In this document: positions 1-9,939 of the stretch, piece by piece | How the letters are laid out: every line of letters starts with the position of its first letter | Numbering within the stretch: position 1 is the first letter of the stretch | From: an uncultured Desulfobacter sp. | GTDB taxonomy: Bacteria > Desulfobacterota > Desulfobacteria > Desulfobacterales > Desulfobacteraceae | Assembly: GCA_963665095.1 (NCBI GenBank) | Contig: OY762069.1 | Span: 5,568,001-5,632,000 of the forward strand | Reading direction: 5' to 3' | Length of the DNA stretch: 64,000 bases | Notes under the pieces: generated by a model | The model's database searches: none | What the model was told of the DNA's origin: nothing | What the model saw: only the letters and a program-made list of their open reading frames with translations | Position numbers and translations under genes: made by a program

Positions 1-25
1 GAGGGGCGCATGCCCACAAAGTTGC

Positions 26-170
26 CCAGATGCAAGGCGCAAGCAAAGCTGGAACCTCAAGCGTACTTAAGTACGTGGGGCCCGATTATATGATTTGGCA
101 GCTTTGTGCAGCAACGCCGCAAGTAAATGATTTTTTGAACTGAAGCTCCTCTTCGAGCCGTTCAAACACT
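26..170 (-). repeat. Short structured interspersed repeat (MITE/REP-like), copy 1
   Basis: Blocks 26-43, 102-121 and 159-170 are exact reverse complements of 2584-2601, 2521-2540 and 2495-2506. Confidence 0.8.
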
Positions 171-172
171 TA

Positions 173-2296
173 TTATACAGGAATGAACACCATGCAGAGG
201 ACATCATTAACATACCCGTCCTCACGCTTGTATTCCCTGTATCCTTCAGACACCTGTATCCCCATGGCATAGGACCGGGCACCAAGTGTGACCACATCAG
301 ACTTTCTGGCCCCATTTTTCAGTGAAAAGAATTTATCCTCTATGGACAGGTCGGATCCCACAGGATAGTCAGGCGTAGTTGAGGAGATAATTTTTTTTGC
401 CCGGTCTGCAAATACGGCAAAACTACCCTCAATAATCTCTTTATTCTCATTTTTTGGCAGAATATCCGAAAGCATGGCCTTAAACTGAGGTTCGGCATCA
501 AATACAATAAGAATGGTACCCACTGGCCGGGTTATATCTTCCGGGTCGCGCACGGCTGTACCATAAACATAGGTGAACCGCCCCCCGTAAAGGGGCGTTG
601 AAGAAAATTGAGTCACACAATAATCTTTGCCTGATGGCAACGCCATGGCCCGGCTTACGATGTTCCCGGGTATTTTCATGCCGACGAAATCCTGGCCCTT
701 GGGAAGATCGGGCTGTACAAACCGCTCTTCAAGCTCATGGGGCGGATTTGAAACGGCCACCACCTCTCCTGCGCCATCTGTCAGCACAAGCCTTAAGTAA
801 GGGGTGTACAGATTATTGATGTATTCCAGGTTATCCCTGAGGGCTTCGGCAGCCTGTTTTTCAAGACGGTTTCGGTTCAGGCCGGCCAAAGTGCTGCGAA
901 ACAATGGGGTCAGCGCCCACCAGCACACATCATTGGCTCTTTCGTACAGATTTCTGTCGGCAATATTATTTCCCTGAAAGGCCCTGAACTCAACGTCAGT
1001 GAATAAAGAGGCGGCCACGGTCTGCTGGAGGCTGTCAATGGCCGAGTGGAAAAGACGGTCTATTTCCACTCCGATCTCCTCTACAAAATGAAGAATCTCA
1101 ACAAAGGTCTTGTCCTTGAACTTGGCGGCCTGGATAATGCCATTGAGTCCGTCGATTTTCATATTGGTTAAAAGATCATCAGAATCTTTTTTAATGACGG
1201 CCAGGTCCCGGGAAAAATTCTGGATCTGCCGGATGGTATCGTGGTCAATCGATGTCTGATTTTCATCCTTTGAAAAGGCTATGGCCGTATCTATCATGGC
1301 AAAACCATGCCAGGGCAGACCATAAAACCCCTGATATCCGTCTGTAGGCACGATGCAGGCCAGATACTCTTTACCATTAACGGAGATGATCTCAAATTCA
1401 GAATCCGAATTCACAGATATGGCAGTGGACACGGGCAGCATTGTGGCAGCGCTGGAACTGATCACCCGGCCTTTATCGTCAAGGATGGCTGAAATAATGG
1501 CGTCATTCCCCTGCTTCAGGTCCGCAAAGATACCGGCCATCTCATCCTCAAAATCAAAACAGAGACATAAGGTGCCTAAGGGCCTTTGGGTATCGGCGTC
1601 TTCAATTTTCTGGGAATAGATCAGAACATCCCTCCTGCCCGGCATCAGGTCGGTGGTCCGGAAGGTTTCAACAAATTTATTCTCATCCGGATCTCTATGA
1701 AGATCAATGGCCTGGGTCCTTGCAAGAAGGCGGTCCCGGGAGAAGGAGACAGGGTTATTTTCATCCAGATTGGCCACCACATTACCATTCAGATCAAGTA
1801 TGATAATTTCATTGTAAACCGTGTACTCATACCGGTACTCTTCCAGCCGGCTTCTTAAGGCATGCCGCTGCTCCTCAAGGCAGTGTGTCCGTGTGTCATC
1901 TGCGGCATGTTTTAAAAAATTAACGATTTCCCCATCTGTGGCCAGATACCCCACATCAGCTGTGCGCTCAAACAAATTTCGTTTCAGAATATTGATGGTG
2001 AATCCGGCTGCATCCCGGATTTCGTGAATTACTTTGCCGGCCATCTCAACAAGCACGGCATCGGTGAGCCGGGCTTGGATCTTCTCATAACGGCTGATAG
2101 TGCTGCTCATATCCTGAATAAGCGGCCCAAAAAGATTGGCAGCTTCTTTTTTCATCCGGCCTGTTTCTATCTTCCCTGCTGTAATCGCGCCCCGCCAGCG
2201 CTGATTAATCTGTTTGAAACGCCCATTGGCGCGGGAAATATCAGTGATAAATTTAAGGAAACGGTCTTTTTGGGAAATAATCGTATCTTGTTTCAT
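173..2296 (-). CDS. Soluble chemosensory-like protein with an internally duplicated Cache-like unit
   Basis: 707 aa ORF. Duplicated motifs RNLFERTADVGYLA / RNLYERANDVCWWA, IYSQKI..GTLCLCFDFE / VYGTAV..GTILIVFDAE and GYQGF / GYREY. No TM helix seen. Confidence 0.6.
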   Translation of the reverse strand: MKQDTIISQKDRFLKFITDISRANGRFKQINQRWRGAITAGKIETGRMKKEAANLFGPLIQDMSSTISRYEKIQARLTDAVLVEMAGKVIHEIRDAAGFTINILKRNLFERTADVGYLATDGEIVNFLKHAADDTRTHCLEEQRHALRSRLEEYRYEYTVYNEIIILDLNGNVVANLDENNPVSFSRDRLLARTQAIDLHRDPDENKFVETFRTTDLMPGRRDVLIYSQKIEDADTQRPLGTLCLCFDFEDEMAGIFADLKQGNDAIISAILDDKGRVISSSAATMLPVSTAISVNSDSEFEIISVNGKEYLACIVPTDGYQGFYGLPWHGFAMIDTAIAFSKDENQTSIDHDTIRQIQNFSRDLAVIKKDSDDLLTNMKIDGLNGIIQAAKFKDKTFVEILHFVEEIGVEIDRLFHSAIDSLQQTVAASLFTDVEFRAFQGNNIADRNLYERANDVCWWALTPLFRSTLAGLNRNRLEKQAAEALRDNLEYINNLYTPYLRLVLTDGAGEVVAVSNPPHELEERFVQPDLPKGQDFVGMKIPGNIVSRAMALPSGKDYCVTQFSSTPLYGGRFTYVYGTAVRDPEDITRPVGTILIVFDAEPQFKAMLSDILPKNENKEIIEGSFAVFADRAKKIISSTTPDYPVGSDLSIEDKFFSLKNGARKSDVVTLGARSYAMGIQVSEGYREYKREDGYVNDVLCMVFIPV

Positions 2297-2495
2297 TCTT
2301 CTGACATCTTAATGATCAATAATATATAAAAAATAACAAATTCGTGTAAAATTTATAACAAAAATAGAGATAATAATTAATAATGTCGAAAAAGTAAACA
2401 CGAATTTTGATCAAAAATCTCAACCATAAAAAATAATGTTGACAAAATTATGCGGTCTGTCCTAACGCTAAAGCCGAAAGAACTGTACATAAATA

Positions 2496-2621
2496 GTGTT
2501 TGAACGAAGAGTCACCCACCTGCGGCGTTGCTGCACAAAGTTGCAATCCTCACGCACTGAAATACGCTCCGGTTGCATCTTTACTTGCGCCTTGCATCTG
2601 GTAAACTCGTCGTCCAAACAC
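2496..2621 (+). repeat. Short structured interspersed repeat (MITE/REP-like), copy 2
   Basis: Terminal inverted repeat gtgtttgaacgaagagt / actcgtcgtccaaacac (15/17), with internal complementary arms. Shares blocks with 26-170. Confidence 0.8.
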
Positions 2622-2758
2622 CAAACACAAGGTTTTCGTTCAGGAACTAAATACAAAGGATCGCGTAATGGAGGGATCGCCATAACTATATGGCGAATTG
2701 AATTGTAATGACTTTCACATGGCCCTGATTCATTTTTCATGACATATTCAATTTCGAA

Positions 2759-3862
2759 ATGAAAAAAATTTTTATAATAAATACGTCAAAAAAATATTGC
2801 GGGGTGGATGACTATTGCCTTGCTCTCTACGCTCTGTTTAAAGATGACATGAAATTTGTCTTCTTTGTTCGGCAAAATTCAGATTTTTCCAGAATTATAG
2901 AGCAAAAAAATCTCCAGGCTGTTGTGCTTAGAAAAGGATACCTTAGAAATTTAAGATTATTCAAACAAGTGATGGATAAAGAGAGACCGGACATTGTCCA
3001 TATCCAGACAGCAAAAGATTATTATCTGGCAACCGCCGCCCGGCCAAGGCCTGGAATAATCATCACAAGGCACAACAGCGCGCCTCTTCCCTATTATTGG
3101 ATTCACCTTTTTATTTTAAAAAAGGCAGATGTTATAATTACCCTGTCCGAATTCTCAAAAGATGTACTTTTAAGACAATTCCCAAGCCTGATGCCCAAAG
3201 TAACAATGATATATAACAGCGCACCGGGTGCCTGTAATACAACCGGAGATATGCACAGAGAAAAAAGAGAAAACAATAACCAAAATACCAGATTCGGGTT
3301 TATTGGCAGAGTAAACAGCAGGAAAGGAATAGATCATCTTATTCAGGCACTTTCAATTTTAAAAAATGAACTGGGTGAAAAAGGCTTTTCAATTGATGTT
3401 GCAGGCAATTTTGAAAGCAAGGCGTATGAAAAGCGCGTAGATGAAATGATAACGCGTTATTCTCTAAAAAATAATATAAATCTTCTTGGTTTTATTACCC
3501 AAAAGACAAAATTTTATCATGACATTGATGTGCTGATCATTCCTTCTTTGCTGACATTAAGGGAGACCTGTCCCCTGGTTGCCTTTGAGGCCATGAGTCA
3601 TGGTATCCCTCTTGTGAGCTTTGCCAGTGGCGCCATGCCTGAAATTATTGAACACGGACACAATGGTTTTATCTGCAAGAGAGAATCCGCGGCTGAACTG
3701 GCTGATTTATTGAAAAATTTCTGTCATTCAAACGAATTGGCGACAAAAATGGGTAAAAATGCCCATATGAAATATTTGGAGATGTTTTCTTTACAAACTT
3801 TCAGGGAGAAGATGGCAGAAATCTATTTAAAGCGCAAAGCAGGGGCTTGGAGGGAAAACTGA
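2759..3862 (+). CDS. Glycosyltransferase family 4 (GT-B)
   Basis: FIGRVNSRKGID, ETCPLVAFEAMSHGIP and GAMPEII..GHNGF motifs. Confidence 0.92.
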   Translation: MKKIFIINTSKKYCGVDDYCLALYALFKDDMKFVFFVRQNSDFSRIIEQKNLQAVVLRKGYLRNLRLFKQVMDKERPDIVHIQTAKDYYLATAARPRPGIIITRHNSAPLPYYWIHLFILKKADVIITLSEFSKDVLLRQFPSLMPKVTMIYNSAPGACNTTGDMHREKRENNNQNTRFGFIGRVNSRKGIDHLIQALSILKNELGEKGFSIDVAGNFESKAYEKRVDEMITRYSLKNNINLLGFITQKTKFYHDIDVLIIPSLLTLRETCPLVAFEAMSHGIPLVSFASGAMPEIIEHGHNGFICKRESAAELADLLKNFCHSNELATKMGKNAHMKYLEMFSLQTFREKMAEIYLKRKAGAWREN

Positions 3863-3953
3863 ATCGCGTAGAGAGCTCTTTTATTTGATAAGGTACAATT
3901 TACGCGGGTGCTTTGACAATTCTAAATTTTTAACCATTGAGGTCAAAAATTCA

Positions 3954-6149
3954 TCATTCAATATCCACAGACCAGCCGATAATCGCCACATCATTGGGAT
4001 CAACATTGCTGGTGTCGTCTGCAACCCAGACCACTACAATATATTTCCCTGCTTCGGTAAACGTATATTCAATGGCATTGGAAGTGACCCATTCTGATGC
4101 CGTCATACTCTCCCATAAGGTTGGATCATAACTGTCTGTACCGTAATTACGGCACATTGAGAACCTGTAATAGTTCGTATTCGCGCAGGTATTTTCTGCC
4201 GTAACAGCAAAGCCCACCGGCTCATCAACAACCTGTTCTCCAGTAATTTCCACCCGGCTAAAATGAATCTTGCATCCCGTGTCTCCGGTATCAACGGACC
4301 AGCCGATAATCGGGACATTGACATTGTCAACGTCAGCGGTATCAGCAGATGTTGCCCAGATAACAACGATATCCTTGCCCTGGCTGTCAAAAAGATATCC
4401 ACAGCTATTGTCTGTAATATACTCAGCATCTGTCATTCTGACCCAGCCGTTTTCATCATAATCTGAAGTTCCGTACCCCTGATTGATGGAAAATCTATAG
4501 GATATATCACTGCCGCTTTCTGCCAGGGAGGTAAGTTTTACAGAGGAACCCGCTGATGGCGTTCCGGTGACTTCCATACCTTTAATCTTACAGCGGCCTG
4601 TCAACGCGACATTCTGCTCAACGGTCTGGGCCAGGGGAATGTCAATATTTGAAAAAGACTGTGTCTGATATCCATCTGCACTCACAGAGACATCATAGGT
4701 TCCGGGCAATACCGAACTGATAAAGGACCCGTCCGGTAACGGATAGAGCGTATACCCCAGTTCCGTCAGCGTAACTTCCGCCGGAGAGATCTGTGACCCG
4801 GTTATTGCATCAAAGACGGCTCCTTTGAACCATGAACCGATCCCAAATCCGCAGGGATCCACAATAATGCCATTGGCCTCTCCGTCAGCGTCTGCTTCTC
4901 CACCATCGGTAATTTCAATGACAGCTGATTTCCGGTCCGTGCTGAATTGCGCATAATCAGAATAATCAATCCAGCCGGTCACAGGATGATATACATACCA
5001 TGAAGCATTCTCGGGAGCAGCTTCACTGAAATAGATTTTTACGTGGACCGTATCCCCGGGATTGAGGACTGTGATATTATATGTCATTAGCCCAAGAGGC
5101 ATGGTTTCGGGTCGTAAATCATAGGAGATGGTATCCGGATCAATCGCATCAACATTTCGGATGTCAACCCCTTCTGTAGAGACAGCCGCACTAACGCCTA
5201 ACAGCCCAGTCCCATCAATTGCAAGAAATGTTTTAATTTCGTCTGTCTGTTGAATATCCGGTATCCCGTCATCATTTAGATCGGCTCTCTGGTCTTCAAT
5301 GACATCGGGAATCCCGTTTCCATCTGAATCCGCAAAAATCCTTTCGGTTGTAAAAGAAAACGCCTGGGACCACGGAGAAACCTCGCCCCGGTTGTCTGTA
5401 AAACGAGCCCGCCAAAAATAAGTCGTCCCTTCCGCCAAAAGAGAAAAAGGAATCTGAAGGTCAAAAATATCTCTTCCAGTGGACTGGGACAGGACAATGT
5501 ACGAAAAGCCCTCCGAATCACTGATCTGCCACTGGGCTTGAAGAAAAGTATCCTCCTCACCAGGATCGTTAATCTCCAGGGTGGACACCATTGAGACATT
5601 GGTTGCCTGATCCTCGGGAAAGACGGGTTCAGGCGTTTCAGGGGGATTTGCTTCAACACCGTAGATATCCATTGTAAAGGCACAGGAATAACAAAGCCCG
5701 TCAGCGCTGCATCGGGTATAGGTCCCTGACGCATTATCAGGCGGCTGTACAGATGAAACAGTAAACTGGATGACACCGGTGCTCTGGTCGTCAAATTCAA
5801 CAGGGGATTCGCTGTTATTGTATCTTGCGCCTTCTACATTGCCTGTAACCCTTATCGCTTCCTGTCCATCACCTAATTCAAACGTATCATCCTCATCTCT
5901 TTGGAAAATATACCCGGCTGTAAATGTGGGTGCATAATCGGTTTCATTATCGCAGTACACTTTGGTAATTTGGAATCTATCCCATTCACCTTCAGCGATA
6001 GAGTATTTTATTGTCTCAGCACAAAGCATGGACAACGGCAGAAAGAAAAGAACACATGTAACGCCTGCCACGCTATGGCAAAGGGCTTTTTGAAAAAAAA
6101 ATTTTGAAAATGACAACACATTGGAATTTTTGTCTGTATTAAATTTCAT
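3954..6149 (-). CDS. Secreted surface protein: FN3-like, choice-of-anchor U-like and carboxypeptidase-regulatory-like domains, plus two C-terminal ~100-aa repeats
   Basis: Hydrophobic N-terminus. TYFWRARFTD (FN3), DSDGNGIPD/DLNDDGIPD, ITDGGEADADGEANGIIVDP, PGTYDVSVSADGY, and a duplicated YRFS..YGT..YD..W..MT..E..K.IVV.W..IIGWSVD unit. Confidence 0.75.
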   Translation of the reverse strand: MKFNTDKNSNVLSFSKFFFQKALCHSVAGVTCVLFFLPLSMLCAETIKYSIAEGEWDRFQITKVYCDNETDYAPTFTAGYIFQRDEDDTFELGDGQEAIRVTGNVEGARYNNSESPVEFDDQSTGVIQFTVSSVQPPDNASGTYTRCSADGLCYSCAFTMDIYGVEANPPETPEPVFPEDQATNVSMVSTLEINDPGEEDTFLQAQWQISDSEGFSYIVLSQSTGRDIFDLQIPFSLLAEGTTYFWRARFTDNRGEVSPWSQAFSFTTERIFADSDGNGIPDVIEDQRADLNDDGIPDIQQTDEIKTFLAIDGTGLLGVSAAVSTEGVDIRNVDAIDPDTISYDLRPETMPLGLMTYNITVLNPGDTVHVKIYFSEAAPENASWYVYHPVTGWIDYSDYAQFSTDRKSAVIEITDGGEADADGEANGIIVDPCGFGIGSWFKGAVFDAITGSQISPAEVTLTELGYTLYPLPDGSFISSVLPGTYDVSVSADGYQTQSFSNIDIPLAQTVEQNVALTGRCKIKGMEVTGTPSAGSSVKLTSLAESGSDISYRFSINQGYGTSDYDENGWVRMTDAEYITDNSCGYLFDSQGKDIVVIWATSADTADVDNVNVPIIGWSVDTGDTGCKIHFSRVEITGEQVVDEPVGFAVTAENTCANTNYYRFSMCRNYGTDSYDPTLWESMTASEWVTSNAIEYTFTEAGKYIVVVWVADDTSNVDPNDVAIIGWSVDIE

Positions 6150-6445
6150 ATTTTCACACCCTTGACTTAAGGTACGCTTAAAAAACTGTTAAAAATTTAC
6201 CAGCCCCCTCCGCAGAAATAAAAACACAGAGAATCAATCAGATCTAAACTTACCAATAAAACAGACAGTTATAATTTGTCAAACAAATAAACCGTTAAAG
6301 TTGACAGACGTTTTTAATTAATAGTATTAAGCAATTGATCTCTACAATACAACTATTTTTACAAGTTATGGTACAATCGGGGTCGTAATATCCGGCAATA
6401 CCGACATCAACGTTTCACTGTTTCACTAATTCGGGAAACTGACCC

Positions 6446-7807
6446 ATGCAAGGCTTACGTAAAACATACCCGGCCCAATTGCTATATTATATAATGCTGT
6501 TGCTCTTAACCGGTACAAGTTTTCTTATCCCGACTCAGGGTCGCGCCGATCTAAGCACCACAGATACGATTGAGCTGTATGGTTCCCCCAATCCCGTAGG
6601 ATCCGGAGCCAGAGCACTTGGCATGGGCGGAGCTTTTATTGCCCTTGCCGATGACGCAACAGCAGCGTCCTGGAATCCAGGCGGCCTGATTCAGCTTGAG
6701 CTTCCTGAAATATCGGTCGTGGGGGCCTATTTTGACCGAAGTTTAGACACTGAATTCACGGATTTTCCTGAAGCCCGGAATGAACAACATGCATCAGATA
6801 CAAGCATCAACTACCTAAGTTTCTCATATCCCTTTTATGCTTTGGGCCGAAACATGACGGTCTCATTCAACTATCAGGAACTGTACAACTTCGATAATCA
6901 ATGGAGTTTCCATGTCATTGAAAACAACGATACAACGACCCGACAGATTAACGGCTGGCAGGAAGGGTCCCTGTCAGCCTTCGGCCTCGCCTTATGTGCC
7001 GAGGTTTACCGGAATCTGTCTTTTGGGCTTACATTAAACTTCTGGCAAGATGGCATGGGGCATGAGAACCAGTGGGAACAGCGCACGCGAAAAAACAGTT
7101 CCGGTGTAAACGGCAGCTATAGTTTCACCCAGAGTGAATATTACACAGATCGATATGAATTCAGCGGATTTAACGCCAATCTTGGTTTTCTGTGGAATAT
7201 AACACCCAAACTGACAATGGGAGGGGTGCTTAAAACCCCTTTCACCGCGGATCTGACGCATAAGGCCCATTATACCACCCAACTGGAATTTCCCGGTTAC
7301 CCGGATTCCACAAGTACCATGGACTATTCTTCCTCGACAGATGAAAAACTTGACATGCCAATGTCATACGGGATCGGGATTGCCTGGCGGGCATCGGATC
7401 GACTCACCGTTTCAGGGGACCTGTACCGTACCGAATGGGAAGATTTCCTTCTTACCGATGGAAATGGGAAAAAAACATCCCCCATAACAGGAAAGTCCAA
7501 GGGAGATTCAGATATAGACCCGACCCATCAGGTTCGGCTGGGCGTTGAATATTTACTCATCAAACCCAAATACGTCATTCCGTTACGCAGTGGAGTATTT
7601 TACGATCCGGCTCCTGCAGAAGGCCACCCGGATAACTATTTTGGATTAAGTCTGGGATCCGGGCTTGCCTACAAAAAATTTATTTTTGATTTTGCCATCC
7701 AGTATCGATTTGGAAACGATGTGGGCGCATACGCCTCCCAGGACTTGGATTATTCACAGGATGTGCAGGAAATTATAGTCTATTCATCTTTTATCATTCA
7801 TTTTTAA
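6446..7807 (+). CDS. FadL/OmpP1/TodX (PorV-like) outer-membrane beta-barrel
   Basis: Signal peptide, GARALGMGGAFIALADDATAASWNPGGL hatch motif, amphipathic strands, C-terminal Phe. Confidence 0.88.
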   Translation: MQGLRKTYPAQLLYYIMLLLLTGTSFLIPTQGRADLSTTDTIELYGSPNPVGSGARALGMGGAFIALADDATAASWNPGGLIQLELPEISVVGAYFDRSLDTEFTDFPEARNEQHASDTSINYLSFSYPFYALGRNMTVSFNYQELYNFDNQWSFHVIENNDTTTRQINGWQEGSLSAFGLALCAEVYRNLSFGLTLNFWQDGMGHENQWEQRTRKNSSGVNGSYSFTQSEYYTDRYEFSGFNANLGFLWNITPKLTMGGVLKTPFTADLTHKAHYTTQLEFPGYPDSTSTMDYSSSTDEKLDMPMSYGIGIAWRASDRLTVSGDLYRTEWEDFLLTDGNGKKTSPITGKSKGDSDIDPTHQVRLGVEYLLIKPKYVIPLRSGVFYDPAPAEGHPDNYFGLSLGSGLAYKKFIFDFAIQYRFGNDVGAYASQDLDYSQDVQEIIVYSSFIIHF

Positions 7808-7830
7808 CCAATGCCAAGAGGGCTTTTACG

Positions 7831-9939
7831 ATGTCTAAAGAAGAACAAAAACCCAGTTTAGAGACATTGTTTCGGGAAAAAGAGAAAATCGAACAGTCGA
7901 TCAAAGAAGGGTTTCAGGAATACGTCACCATCATGTTCACCGATATTGCCGGCTACACCCGGTATGTGGAAACCCATGGAGACATTGCCGCAAAATCCCT
8001 TTTGCAGACCCACAATGACACGCTGTTCCCGATCATCAGTGCCCATGAGGGTCAGGTTATCAAAACCATTGGTGATGCGGTCATGGCCTCATTTAAAGAG
8101 GCGCACAAAGGTGTCGCCGCCGCCGTTGAAATTCAAAAAAAGCTAAAGCAGCATAATGAAACTGCAGAGGATGTCAAGCAGCTGAATATCCGTATCGGCA
8201 TGAATGCAGGCCTGGCACTCAAAGACGGGGCCGATTACTTTGGAGATGCTGTCAACATCGCAGCCAGAATTGAGCCTGCCGGTTCTGCCGGCCAAATCAT
8301 GGTCTCTGACTCCGTTTACCAGGCCATTGAAGGAGACAAGAATTTTTATTGCAGCTACCATGGCCTGAAAGAGGCAAAGGGGAAAGCAGACCCCTTGAAA
8401 ATCTACAGGGTATTTCTCAGTCGTGATGAGCAGATGCAGCAGGCTTCCCACAGCCCCCCCCCATCATCAGAATCCCATGTTGAAGGCGAAATAGAGAGGG
8501 TTGGCGGCTTCCGGAGCAGATGGATAAACTGGAAGTACACCCTGGCCGCCTGTTTTGCAGCGTTGGCCTTTTTTATTTATACAGGTGGAGAATTCCCTTT
8601 CCACCGGGGTAATGAGCTTACAATTGAGAACTATAAAGCCGGTTTTAACTACTTGAAAACCGGTGCCCCGGATAAGGCCAAAGAAAAATTCCTTGAACTT
8701 AAGCAGGACCCTGCCCGGTCAAACGAAGGACTTGCCGCCTGGGCCTATCATGCCGGGGACCATGCGTCAGCCCGGCAGTATAGCGAAGCGTCATTGAAGC
8801 ATGATGCCAATTTACTTTATTCACGGGTCATCGAAGGCAATATCCTGTTTGACGAAGGAAAATACGATCAGGCCAGTGAGCTGTACACAAAAGCGGCAGG
8901 GCTTGCATCCCCGTTGAACTGGCAAAAAGGGGAAGCCCTGTTTCGCCTTGGCAGAATTTTCTCTTCAAAAGGGGACAGCTCAAAAGCCCTTTCCTGCTAT
9001 AATCAGGCCATATCTTTTGACCGCCAGAACAGCGATCTCATAAAGGCAAAGGCAGTGCTGCTGGAAAAAATGGGAAAACTGGAGCAGGCCCTGGAGGCAT
9101 TTCAAAATGCACAGAGCATCACCCCTGACGATAAGCTGATCAGCGCCTTTACCAGCCGGATTCAGCAGAAATTAGAGATGGGCCGGGACAAAGAGCGTCA
9201 AAAGCGAATTGACACCCTTGTCAACGAGCTTGTGGACACAATGAAGCACACGTCCTCCCGGCAACCGGCAGACACCTGGACGTCAAGACCCTTGAGCCTT
9301 TTTATCGCAAAAATGGAGAGAAAAGGGAAAATATCTTTACAGGAAGGAGAGGACGACTTCTTTCAGCTTGAGCTGTTTGAAGAGTTAAGACAGCTGCCCT
9401 GTGTCAGTATTGTGGACCGTGAACTGTTGGACAAACTGCTGACCGAACTTAAGATAAGCAGCTCTGATCTTGCAGACCCGGAAACAGCACTTCACCTCGG
9501 CCGTATAGTTTCGGCCCGTTTAATAGGGGACTTGACATTCCTCGGCATGGACAATGAGACCCGGATTTATTTTAAGCTGATTGAAACGGAAACATCTCAA
9601 ATAAAAGTCAGTGTTTCCGACCGCTTCAGTATTGCCGGTGATCAGGATACCGCCGTCAGCAGAATGGTTGCCCAGGTTGACCGGAAACTGTCATCTGCCT
9701 TTCCCATCCGCGGGCGGATAGTGAATATTGACGCAGAAAATATTGAGATCAATATCGGATCAGATGTCGGCCTGAAAACTGGTATGATCATGGGGACTTA
9801 CACCCTTGACGGAAAAAACAGAAAAAGAACCGGAGCCGTAAAGGTAACCCGGGTTGAAACGAACACAGCGTCAGGGCAGATAGTCAAGGGACAGGGTATT
9901 GTGGATCAGACTCAGGTTCTGGAAGTGCTTGCATTATGA
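7831..9939 (+). CDS. Class III adenylate cyclase - TM - TPR - CsgG/FlgT-like protein
   Basis: MFTDIAGYT, IKTIGDAVMA and DYFGDAVNIAARIE catalytic motifs; TM TLAACFAALAFFIYTG; TPR helices; IVDRELLDKLLTELKIS CsgG-like motif; IRGRIVNI..IEINIGSDVG C-terminal beta domain. Confidence 0.85.
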   Translation: MSKEEQKPSLETLFREKEKIEQSIKEGFQEYVTIMFTDIAGYTRYVETHGDIAAKSLLQTHNDTLFPIISAHEGQVIKTIGDAVMASFKEAHKGVAAAVEIQKKLKQHNETAEDVKQLNIRIGMNAGLALKDGADYFGDAVNIAARIEPAGSAGQIMVSDSVYQAIEGDKNFYCSYHGLKEAKGKADPLKIYRVFLSRDEQMQQASHSPPPSSESHVEGEIERVGGFRSRWINWKYTLAACFAALAFFIYTGGEFPFHRGNELTIENYKAGFNYLKTGAPDKAKEKFLELKQDPARSNEGLAAWAYHAGDHASARQYSEASLKHDANLLYSRVIEGNILFDEGKYDQASELYTKAAGLASPLNWQKGEALFRLGRIFSSKGDSSKALSCYNQAISFDRQNSDLIKAKAVLLEKMGKLEQALEAFQNAQSITPDDKLISAFTSRIQQKLEMGRDKERQKRIDTLVNELVDTMKHTSSRQPADTWTSRPLSLFIAKMERKGKISLQEGEDDFFQLELFEELRQLPCVSIVDRELLDKLLTELKISSSDLADPETALHLGRIVSARLIGDLTFLGMDNETRIYFKLIETETSQIKVSVSDRFSIAGDQDTAVSRMVAQVDRKLSSAFPIRGRIVNIDAENIEINIGSDVGLKTGMIMGTYTLDGKNRKRTGAVKVTRVETNTASGQIVKGQGIVDQTQVLEVLAL

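Noticed and set aside
2468..2740. ORFs 2468..2740 and 2496..2708
   Set aside because: They overlap the structured repeat and have no protein-like motifs
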